Shown here in pieces: positions 1 through 12,434 of a stretch of 64,000 nucleotides of DNA. Made by a program: the position numbers and the translations under genes. The stretch is from Candidatus Xenobia bacterium (GTDB lineage Bacteria; Vulcanimicrobiota; Xenobia; Xenobiales; QWHO01). The notes below the pieces were generated by a model. That model was not told the DNA's origin. It did not search any database and was given only the letters and a program-made list of their open reading frames with translations. Numbering within the stretch: position 1 is the first letter of the stretch; each line of letters starts with the position of its first letter. The stretch is from the NCBI GenBank assembly GCA_045863235.1, contig BTUM01000029.1, forward strand, positions 17,803 through 81,802. Direction: 5' to 3'.

Positions 1-65
1 CGGCCACTCCGGTGGGCCCCTGGACGGAAGCGCTGAGCCATCCCGACATCTACGCGGAGTAGCCC

Positions 66-602
66 GTGGCCAGCATTCGCGACCTGACAAGCCACCTCAC
101 CCCGGAACTCCAGAAGAAGCGCCAGGAGATGCTGGAGCAGCGCCAACTGCCCAACCTGGGCTTCTATGATCAGCTGATGGTTTATCCGGAGCTGTTCGAA
201 AGGCTCAGCGAGCTGGGCAGCTTCGTGCGCTTTCACTCCAGCTTGAGCGACCCGGTGCGCGAGGCGACCATCCTGATGACGGGCGTGGAGCTGAAGAGCG
301 AGTTGGAGTGGTCCACCCACCAGGAGCCCGCCAGGCGGGCCGGATTGAGCCCGGAGCTGCTGCACCGCATCGGCTCGGGGAGCGCCCTCGACCCCGAGCA
401 CGAACGCTTGCGCCAGTTAGTGCGGACGGTGACCGCCCAGCAGAGCGTGCCTCAGGCCCTCTTCGACGAGCTGGTCGAGGCCTACACGTTGCAGGGAGCG
501 GTGGAGCTGGTCACGCTGGTCTCCATGTACCGCATGTTTGCGGCTCTGGGCGCGGCCTTCGACTCGGTCATGCCGGGCGGCGCCGCCCCCCCCTGGTCCT
601 GA
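66..602 (+). CDS. Carboxymuconolactone decarboxylase (CMD/AhpD-like) family protein
   Basis: Family-typical 'L..PVREATIL...ELEWSTH...ARRAGLS' and 'F..L...Y...GAVELVTLVSMY' segments. Confidence 0.75.
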   Translation: MASIRDLTSHLTPELQKKRQEMLEQRQLPNLGFYDQLMVYPELFERLSELGSFVRFHSSLSDPVREATILMTGVELKSELEWSTHQEPARRAGLSPELLHRIGSGSALDPEHERLRQLVRTVTAQQSVPQALFDELVEAYTLQGAVELVTLVSMYRMFAALGAAFDSVMPGGAAPPWS

Positions 603-715
603 CCTGCATTGAGAAGGAAACTGGTGTGACCAGGCAACGTTCTGTTTACACAGATTACAGTTTCGCAACATTGTCCGGGGTGTCGAAAGGCCAACTGGTG
701 GGATAAGGTCAGTGT

Positions 716-1483
716 ATGGATCCACTTGCACAACTCTTTGCCGCTGGCCCCGCCAGCCAGTCCCCCAGCTTCGGGATGCCCTCCTGCCCCGGGTGCCTCG
801 GAGCCGCCAACCAGCGCCTGATGGCCGACCCCACCGGAGGGATGGCCGCCATGGCCAACCTGCAGCAGATGATGATGGGCCAGCAACAGATGATGATGCA
901 GCTCTTGACGCTTCTCCTCCAGCTGATGGCCGGCACGGGGGGACTCGCCAACCTGGCTCCGGGCGGCAGCCCCGGCTTCAATGCAGGCGGAGGAAGCCCG
1001 GGCTTCAACTCGGGCGGCTCCCCCAGCGTGGGCGGCTCCTCGGGAGGAGGCGGCGGGGGTGGAGGCGCCTTCAACACTCCCGGCGGCGTTGCGGCTGATC
1101 CCTCCCAGTTCCAGGGTGGCACCGAGATGAGCCGCCGGCTGGCTGCGGCCGCGCTGCGCGAATCCACTGACGGCGACAGCAACGGGGGCTGGTGCGCCCG
1201 CGACGTGGGCGAGGCCCTCCGGGCGGTCGGTCTAGGGGTGGCCCGGGGCGACGCCTGGACCAAAGCGGCCGTGCTGGCCGGCGATCCCCGTTTCCGCGAG
1301 CTGAAGGTGGCCCCCAACGAGATCGACAAACTCCCCCCGGGCGCCATCATCGTGTGGGACAAAGGGCCGGGCCTACCCTACGGGCACATCTCCATCGCAC
1401 TGGGCGACGGCCGCGAGGCCAGCGATCTGCTCAAGAAGCAGATGCACCTCAAGACCAGCTACCGGGTGTTCCTGCCGATCTAA
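716..1483 (+). CDS. Gly/Met/Gln-rich N-terminus fused to a C-terminal CHAP/NlpC-P60-like cysteine amidase domain
   Basis: 'GWCARDV..AL' (putative catalytic Cys), 'PGAIIVW' and 'YGHISIA' (His); no Sec signal. Confidence 0.65.
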   Translation: MDPLAQLFAAGPASQSPSFGMPSCPGCLGAANQRLMADPTGGMAAMANLQQMMMGQQQMMMQLLTLLLQLMAGTGGLANLAPGGSPGFNAGGGSPGFNSGGSPSVGGSSGGGGGGGGAFNTPGGVAADPSQFQGGTEMSRRLAAAALRESTDGDSNGGWCARDVGEALRAVGLGVARGDAWTKAAVLAGDPRFRELKVAPNEIDKLPPGAIIVWDKGPGLPYGHISIALGDGREASDLLKKQMHLKTSYRVFLPI

Positions 1484-1488
1484 AGGGT

Positions 1489-2058
1489 TCAGGTCCCTTC
1501 CTGGCCGGGCAGAAGTCCCTTGCGCTGGTCGGCCTCGAGCAGCACGCCGGCCATGAACAGGGCGGTGGGGACGTTGGCCGAGCCCACCTTGGAGTCGCCA
1601 TAGGTCACCGCGCTGGTGACCTGAGTGGTCAGGCTGTCATAGCGAGCGGCCGTGATGCCCTGATCGGCCTTGTGGAAGTCGACCAGCTTGCTGGCGAACT
1701 GATCCAGATTCTCGGGCGAGCTGACCAGCTCGTGCAGCTTGTGCTGCAGAGCGTCGGTGACGGCCGCGCCCACGACGGGGCCGAGCATGGCTCCGGCGGT
1801 CATGAAGAGCGTGTGGCTGGACATCTGGGCCAGATTGCGAGCGTCGGGCGAGCCCGAATCGGGTACCCGGGCCCAGACGGCCCGCTTGAGGGCCCCCAGG
1901 TCCTCGGCCATGGCCGACTTGTCGCCCTTGTCCAGGGCGTCGGTCACGCCGGCCGCGCTGTCGGCCAGGTTGGTGGCCACCGACTTGAGGTTCTGGGCGT
2001 GAACCCCGTGCATCAAGTGGGCTTTGGAAACCCCTACGCTGTTGATCGCATCTGCCAT
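1489..2058 (-). CDS. Hypothetical protein with a central hydrophobic segment
   Basis: GGAGGT RBS upstream of ATG at 2058 (MADAINS...); codon bias fits coding. Confidence 0.6.
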   Translation of the reverse strand: MADAINSVGVSKAHLMHGVHAQNLKSVATNLADSAAGVTDALDKGDKSAMAEDLGALKRAVWARVPDSGSPDARNLAQMSSHTLFMTAGAMLGPVVGAAVTDALQHKLHELVSSPENLDQFASKLVDFHKADQGITAARYDSLTTQVTSAVTYGDSKVGSANVPTALFMAGVLLEADQRKGLLPGQEGT

Positions 2059-2154
2059 GGCCACACCTCCAGATCGGCATGATTCGCGATGGGGGCCGGG
2101 CCCTCCCTGCAAGAAATGGCGTGCAATGGACCTCTTCCGGAAAAGAACGGCAGC

Positions 2155-3222
2155 TCAGGCCGCCTTCCATTCGCCAGGGGTCTGAGCGGCGCTCTTGATC
2201 CGCACGGGCACACGAATGCCGCCCACCACGACGTGCGACTCGCGCTCTTCCACGCCCGACCCCTGGACGTTCATTCCCTGAGCCAGTCCCTGCACGTCCT
2301 GGGCGCTGCGGGCCACGTTCTTGAGCCCGTCCAGCTGAAGCTCCCAGCGGTTGACCGTGCCGATCAGGTAGTTGTTGCGCGCTTCGTGGTCGGTCAGGGT
2401 GCCGGCCCGAACGGCCAGCCCGGCGGCTCCAGTGGTCGTGACCAGCGTGACCGCCGGGGCCAGATGGAAGGCGACGCTGACCAGGCTGGCCCCAAAGGCG
2501 GCCAGCGAGGCCACCAGGAACTTTCTGCTCAGCTGGTTGGAGCGCGTGGTGTCCTGGCGGGCCAGCTCGCGCATGCCCTCCAGGGACTCCCCGGGAGCCT
2601 TCTCGATCACGGCGCGATCGCTGCGCACCTGTCCCAGGGCTGCCTGTACCGAGGGTTCCGGCGGTTGGGCGGCCAGATAGTCTTCGGTAGCCTGCATGAC
2701 CTGAACCAGCTCGGACTTCATGTTCTCGGGCGCCGCCAGCTCGAGGGTGGAGCGCACCAGGCTACCCCCACCGGCGGGTGCTCCCGCAGTCAACCTGGGA
2801 TACTGCTCTTCCCAGGCTTCCAGAAATCCCGAGAGGCGGTCGTTGCGACCGATCGCATCGCCCACGGTGGCGCCCCACACGAAGGTGCCCACCCCGCCCA
2901 CCATGCCAGCCAGCCGTCCGGCCACCACCAGATCGCTGGCGGGCATCAGGGCGGTGGCTGCGGCGGCGGCCATCATCAGGCCCCCGGTAGCCATGAGCAG
3001 GTTGCGCTTGCGGCGCAGCCTGGCGCTCTCTTCGGCCAGAATTCCGCGCCCGTCAGCCAGAGTCTCGCCCGGCGCGCTCTCCAGCGTGCGCACTTCGGCC
3101 ATGAGCTCGTCGTAGGCGGCCCGGGTGGGCGGGCTCGACAGATGCGCTTCCAGGGGCTCGGCCTTCTTGCGGATGGCCTCGGCCACTTCGAGACGGCGTG
3201 GGGATGCCTGGGTGACCTGCAT
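2155..3222 (-). CDS. Hypothetical membrane protein, internally duplicated TM hairpins, C-terminal VVVGGIRVPVR motif
   Basis: Two similar halves ('LESAPGETL'/'IEKAPGESL', then two hydrophobic helices, then 'RNDRL..FLEAWE'/'RNNYL..TVNRWE'). Confidence 0.65.
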   Translation of the reverse strand: MQVTQASPRRLEVAEAIRKKAEPLEAHLSSPPTRAAYDELMAEVRTLESAPGETLADGRGILAEESARLRRKRNLLMATGGLMMAAAAATALMPASDLVVAGRLAGMVGGVGTFVWGATVGDAIGRNDRLSGFLEAWEEQYPRLTAGAPAGGGSLVRSTLELAAPENMKSELVQVMQATEDYLAAQPPEPSVQAALGQVRSDRAVIEKAPGESLEGMRELARQDTTRSNQLSRKFLVASLAAFGASLVSVAFHLAPAVTLVTTTGAAGLAVRAGTLTDHEARNNYLIGTVNRWELQLDGLKNVARSAQDVQGLAQGMNVQGSGVEERESHVVVGGIRVPVRIKSAAQTPGEWKAA

Positions 3223-3476
3223 GGGATCGATCTTGCCACCTCACGCCCAAAAAGGGCTGAAACGCTTGCCTCGGCTCTGACCGGGGTTTGCCTGGCCAGG
3301 TAGCCTCCCGAACCGGGTGCAGCCCCGTCCGCCAGGAGCAACCTGACATCGTAGATCAGATCGGCGATTACTTTGGCGCCGCGTTCCGATTCGGAAACGC
3401 ACGGCTGGTTCATCAGCTGGAAGCCTGAAAGCAAACGGCACCCGGTGCCGCCTGCGTCCTGGGTCGCGAGCTCTTG

Positions 3477-3788
3477 TCAGACGCCGTAGTTCTGCGTCAG
3501 GCTCGAGAGCCAGCCCATTCCGTTGTCGTCCTGCTCGTCGTGCTGGCCCAGCGTCACGGTATCGTTCACCGGCGGCGGTGCGGCGGTCACTTTGACGGCG
3601 TTGTCCTGGCGCGGCTCGCTGACTTCGCGGGCGGGGGCGGCCTGGGTGGCCTCGCGTGGACCCTCGGCGCGCTCGGTCGTCTGGGTCTTGGACTGCTGAA
3701 GAAGCGACTTCAGCCGCTCCATCCCCCGGTCGGCGAACCCCGAAACCGACTGGGTGTCATCAATTTTCTCGATGTGATCGTAAGCCAT
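3477..3788 (-). CDS. Small low-complexity hypothetical protein
   Basis: AGGAG RBS before ATG; AT-rich promoter-like region upstream. Confidence 0.55.
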   Translation of the reverse strand: MAYDHIEKIDDTQSVSGFADRGMERLKSLLQQSKTQTTERAEGPREATQAAPAREVSEPRQDNAVKVTAAPPPVNDTVTLGQHDEQDDNGMGWLSSLTQNYGV

Positions 3789-3867
3789 TGTATGCTCCTA
3801 TCACGACTATGGTAGCACAAGAAAATAGCTCCACGGTGAACAAACTGAAACCAATGTTGCCAAAACG

Positions 3868-4341
3868 TTACAAATCTGGTCCAGTTTGGAGGCGTTTGAA
3901 GAGCCGAACAAAGGAGTCCGGCCGGGGCTGTAACTCATAGCCCAGGCCCACGAAGAGCTGCTGAAGCCCGTGGTTGTGCTCGTCGGTGTAGGTGGCCGCC
4001 AGCCGAGCACCCTGCCCGCGCAGCCAGTCCTCGCCCCGCCCCACCAGCAGACGAGCCACCGAGCGGCGACGGAAGGCCGGGTCCACGTAGGTGGTCGAGA
4101 ACAGTCCTTCCTCGGGCTCCAGGCGCAGGATCGTGTGCCCGGCGAGCCTCCCCTGCTGGTCTTGAGCCAGGAAGATCATCCCGTGCTCGAGATGGAAATC
4201 CACCCGCTCGCGGAGCCAATCCAGCGTGTACATAGCGCGCCCGCGCTCGAGTCCGAGCACCTCCTCGAGAGTCAGGCGCATCCTGAGGGCCACCAGCTCG
4301 CGCTCGGCGGACAAGCTCGGATCGAGGGGGCGAATCACCAT
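3868..4341 (-). CDS. GNAT family N-acetyltransferase
   Basis: 'TYVDPAFRRRSVARLL' acetyl-CoA motif A and 'N...QQLFVGLGY'; start placed at MVIRP (4341). Confidence 0.8.
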   Translation of the reverse strand: MVIRPLDPSLSAERELVALRMRLTLEEVLGLERGRAMYTLDWLRERVDFHLEHGMIFLAQDQQGRLAGHTILRLEPEEGLFSTTYVDPAFRRRSVARLLVGRGEDWLRGQGARLAATYTDEHNHGLQQLFVGLGYELQPRPDSFVRLFKRLQTGPDL

Positions 4342-4407
4342 GTCTGCAAGGGATAGTCGCTCGGAGCGAGAACCCCTTCTGCCTTCGACGAAAGGGGCTC
4401 GGAATCG

Positions 4408-4689
4408 ATGAAATGTTCTTGTGGTGGTGAAATGGAGCTTGGATTCATCCCGGACTTCGGAATGTTCGCGACCTGGACGACAGTCTGGCTCCCGGGGGAG
4501 GCAACGACCCAGAAGTCGGTCCTCGACCGCCTGCGCACGGGCGCCGGGGTGAGCACCGAGGTGGGCGAGGCCAGGATGCTGGAAGCTCACCGTTGCGGGA
4601 GCTGCGGCCTGGTTCAGCTGTTTGCGCTGAAGCAGGCGCCATTGGGAGCCACTCCGGTCGTGTCGGACACCTCTAGCCGAACGGCTTAA
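4408..4689 (+). CDS. Small zinc-ribbon protein (PF20097/DUF6487-like)
   Basis: 'MKCSCGGEMELGFI' and 'AHRCGSCGLVQLFA' Cys pairs. Confidence 0.65.
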   Translation: MKCSCGGEMELGFIPDFGMFATWTTVWLPGEATTQKSVLDRLRTGAGVSTEVGEARMLEAHRCGSCGLVQLFALKQAPLGATPVVSDTSSRTA

Positions 4690-4720
4690 GGGTCACAGGA
4701 TCGAGAGTCCGTCCGCTCAA

Positions 4721-4808
4721 GAGTCTGCTCGCCGCTCGCGAGTCTGCTCGCCGCTCGAGAGTCCGCTCGCCGCTCGAGAGTCCGCTCGCCGCTCGAGAGT
4801 CCGCTCGA
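4721..4808. repeat. 19-bp tandem repeat GAGTCYGCTCGCCGCTCGM, about 4.5 copies
   Basis: Directly visible; a degenerate copy precedes it at ~4703-4720. Confidence 0.9.
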
Positions 4809-4965
4809 GGCGCTCCCACAGCTCGGCCGCCAGCAGGCACCCGTCGGCGACTTAGCGCCTGGGCCCATACGACCGGCTCGGTTCTTTGTGGGAGTAGGGC
4901 TGCGGGGCAAGGCCATGCCCACGGCCCCGCTCACGACGACTTCTCTTACGAGTCCATATGAGCTC

Positions 4966-5574
4966 GTGTAGTGCCAATTACTCCAATTTGCACTACACAT
5001 CATGATAGGCTGACTCACATGGACAGCTTGCCTTCGAACGGCACAGGGGGCCTTCGACCCCCCTGTCTGTCTGCGAGCGAAACAACCTGCACCTCGCGTA
5101 GTGCAAAAACACGCCTCTTGCACTATACCCGGCCCTACGCATGCGTGATTGGATCACCCACGCCGATTCTCAGGTTGCCTTCGAACCCTTTGTCTGCGAG
5201 CGAAACAACTAGCACCTCGCGTAGTGCAAAAACACGCCTCTTGCACTACACCCAGCCCTACGCATGCGTGATTGGATCCACCCACGCCGGTCCTCAGGTT
5301 GCCCTCGAACCCCTGTCTGTGAGCGCAACCTACACCTCGTCTGCGAAGCAAAACAACTAGCACTTCGCGTAGTGCAAAACACGCCTCTTTGCACTACATC
5401 CATTTGCCCTACATGTTTGGATCACCCACGCCGGTCCTCAAGGTTGCCTTCGAACCCTTGTCTGCGAGCGAAACAACTAGCACCTCGCGTAGTGCAAAAA
5501 GACAGCTCTTGCACTACACCCAGCCCTACACATGCGTGATTGGATCACCCACGCTGGTCAGCTTGCCTTCGAAC
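4966..5574. repeat. Non-coding tandem array of ~120-150-bp units, each with palindrome GTAGTGCAA-N11-TTGCACTAC
   Basis: Palindromes start at 4968, 5098, 5221, 5369 and 5489; shared GCCTTCGAAC, TCTGCGAGCGAAACAAC and TTGGATCACCCACGC blocks; lower GC than flanks. Confidence 0.9.
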
Positions 5575-5601
5575 TCAGACTGTTCCAACAGCTCAGGCGT
5601 C

Positions 5602-7020
5602 TCAGGGACCCAGGAGATTCGGAAATCGCTCCAGGTCGAAGGCCCCGATCACGCTGGTGGCGCGACGGTCGCGCTCCGACAGAGCAGGCAGCCCAAAGCG
5701 GTCCTCGATCAGCCTGAGGATGGACTGGGTATTGTAGAGCGTGTGGTCCACGTAACCGCGACGGGCCAGGGGCGAGATCAGCAGGCAGGGCACCCGGTTG
5801 CCCGGACCCCAACGGTCCTCCATGACGGGAGGCACGTGGTCGTAGAACCCGCCGAAATCGTCGTAGGTCACGAAGATGGCCGCGCTGTCCCAGTAAGGCG
5901 AGTTGCGAACCTCCTCGATCAGGCCCACGGTATACTCCTCCGAGCCATAGATGGGCGATTGACCCGAGTGCTCGTCGAAGCCGGCCATGGGCTTGATGAA
6001 GGAAACAGCCGGAAGCGTGCCGTCGCGCAGGGCTTTTCGAAAGTCCTCCACGTCCTTGAGATGGTTGGCGCGCAGAGTCGTGCCAGGTTTGTAGGCCTCG
6101 AAGTAGACGAAGGGCTGGTGATGGTAGATGAAATCCGGGCTGGGATTGCCCGCGGCCGCATCGTTCCAGCCCTGGGAATACCAGGCCCAGGTCACCCCCT
6201 TTTGATTGAGCAGGTCGCCGATGGTGAGGTTGGTCTGGGGAGGAACGCGCTGGTCGTCGGGCGTTCCAGCGGCAAAGGGAGGATAGAAAGGCTGGGCATC
6301 CTCGACGGCAAAGCCGTCGGGAGTCACCACGCCATTGGGATTGTTCAGCCCGACCAGCCGCCCGGCGGCGTCGAACACGGGCTGGAGAACCAGGCTAGCA
6401 GCCGCGTTGGGCCACACCGGGGTCCGGGCCGCGATGAGCCAGAAGTGGCCCAGCATCGAGCCCCCGAACTGGGAGCCGAAAAAGTTGTCCATGAGCACGA
6501 ACTCGCGAGCGTAGGGGTAGAGCGGCAGCCTCTCGGTATCGTAATAGCCCATGGCCAGCGTGCCCTCGTCGCCCACGGCGCTCACAAACATGTTCATGCG
6601 GAAGTTGCCGAAGCGGCCCTCTCCGAGCGGATCGCCATTGAGCTGCATCAGGTTCTGGTAGAAGCGGTGCACCGGGCTGGGGTAGATGTCGGTCTCACTG
6701 TAAAAGGGGTTGATCAAGAAAGGCGCGTTGGGCAGATTGGCGGGCAACTTGGAGCCCGGCACCGGGGGCAGGGTGGCCAGAACGTTGCCGCTCTGGTCGA
6801 CCTGAGGCACGATCCCGCCCGGGCTGTCGAGCCCGTTGGCCCCGGGGAACTTGCCGAAGAGCAGATCGAAGGTGTGGTTCTCGGGGAAGATGATGATGAT
6901 GTGGTCGAGGCGGCGTTGCTCGAGCGGGTTGGGAACCGGGCCGTTGGCCACGGCCGATTGCGCCGTTCCGCAGCCGGTGGACCAGATGAGAGCAAGCAAG
7001 AGCAAGAGGAGATGGTTCAT
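5602..7020 (-). CDS. Phosphoesterase family (acid phosphatase AcpA/phospholipase C-like) lipoprotein
   Basis: Lipobox STG-C; 'IIIIFPENHTFD', 'DNFF', 'TYDDFGGFYDHVPP', 'WGPGNRVP..LISP'. Confidence 0.88.
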   Translation of the reverse strand: MNHLLLLLLALIWSTGCGTAQSAVANGPVPNPLEQRRLDHIIIIFPENHTFDLLFGKFPGANGLDSPGGIVPQVDQSGNVLATLPPVPGSKLPANLPNAPFLINPFYSETDIYPSPVHRFYQNLMQLNGDPLGEGRFGNFRMNMFVSAVGDEGTLAMGYYDTERLPLYPYAREFVLMDNFFGSQFGGSMLGHFWLIAARTPVWPNAAASLVLQPVFDAAGRLVGLNNPNGVVTPDGFAVEDAQPFYPPFAAGTPDDQRVPPQTNLTIGDLLNQKGVTWAWYSQGWNDAAAGNPSPDFIYHHQPFVYFEAYKPGTTLRANHLKDVEDFRKALRDGTLPAVSFIKPMAGFDEHSGQSPIYGSEEYTVGLIEEVRNSPYWDSAAIFVTYDDFGGFYDHVPPVMEDRWGPGNRVPCLLISPLARRGYVDHTLYNTQSILRLIEDRFGLPALSERDRRATSVIGAFDLERFPNLLGP

Positions 7021-7107
7021 GGTCTGGCCAGAATACGGGGCCCGCGATCTTCCTCCTGCGGTCGGGCTGACGTAGGAACCTGGCCCTGCAGGCAGAACCG
7101 GGGCGGA

Positions 7108-11604
<4,497 letters not shown>

Positions 11605-11687
11605 GCTCTGGCGCAGGTGGTGCGACCGGGTCGGCCGCCTCGAGCGGGGAGAAGGAAGCCCCGCCGGGGCGAGAAACGATCCAGCCA

Positions 11688-12434
11688 ATGTTCAACAAGT
11701 TCCTGGAGGGCTTGCGCCAGATTGCCCTGGCTCCGCGCACCCGGCCGGGTGAGGAGCTGCGCAGCCGCATCCGGGTGCTGTGCCGCTATCCCGTGCAGAT
11801 CGAGAGCGGCGAGGGCCCGCCCGACCGGGCCTACGTGGTGGACATCGGACTCAATGGGCTGCGCGTCGAGGACGTGCGCCGGCTCAAAAAGGGCAGCCTG
11901 GTGCAGGTGGCTTCGGCCTATCCCGGGCTGGAGCACAACCGCCTGACCTGCGAGGTCGTCTGGTGCCGAGAGCGCATCAGCGGCGGCTACAACGCTGGCT
12001 TGAGCTACGAGACAGCGCCGCCCGGCAGCTGGGTGCGGGTCATCCTCGACGAGCTGGGCCTGGACGAAGAGCGAGGAGCGCAGCGGCGCCGCTACGTGCG
12101 CATCGCCACCTCGCTGCGGGCCCAGGTGCGCGATCTCTCCTCCAATCAGCTTCTCACCGAGGGACGGGTGGTCAACCTGGGATTGGGTGGGGTGCTGCTG
12201 CGCTCGCCCCGGCAACTGGCCGAAGGCAACGAGGTGCTCTGCCTGTTCGGACCTTACTCGCACTATCCGCACCTGTCCGTGGAGGCAACCTGCCTCAGCT
12301 CGCATTATGACGAGGACGACCAGGATTGGTACCACAGCCTGGGATTTGCCAATCTGACCGCCCGCGAGGTGCGGGAGGTGGGACGGTTCGTGGTGGGATT
12401 GCTCAAGGAACGCTCGGATGCGCCGAATTCTTGA
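11688..12434 (+). CDS. Tandem PilZ domain protein
   Basis: Two RxxxR ... [D/N]hxxxG motifs (RSRIR/DIGLNG; RRYVR/NLGLGG). Confidence 0.8.
   Translation: MFNKFLEGLRQIALAPRTRPGEELRSRIRVLCRYPVQIESGEGPPDRAYVVDIGLNGLRVEDVRRLKKGSLVQVASAYPGLEHNRLTCEVVWCRERISGGYNAGLSYETAPPGSWVRVILDELGLDEERGAQRRRYVRIATSLRAQVRDLSSNQLLTEGRVVNLGLGGVLLRSPRQLAEGNEVLCLFGPYSHYPHLSVEATCLSSHYDEDDQDWYHSLGFANLTAREVREVGRFVVGLLKERSDAPNS

Noticed and set aside
5209..5230. CIRCE (HrcA) operator in the array
   Set aside because: TAGCAC...GTGCAA spacing and arm orientation do not fit TTAGCACTC-N9-GAGTGCTAA, and no chaperone genes are adjacent.
4971..5539. Repeat-protein ORFs across the array
   Set aside because: Indels between units shift the frame, codon usage is atypical, and no RBS is evident.
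4966..5574. CRISPR array
   Set aside because: Segments between the palindromes are near-identical rather than unique spacers, are 90-120 bp long, and there are no cas genes in the window.
5389..7107. N-terminal ~570 aa of the 2071-aa ORF as a giant GltB fusion
   Set aside because: This part is the antisense of the phosphoesterase gene plus the repeat array; GltB needs its catalytic Cys near the N-terminus, which fits a start at 7108.
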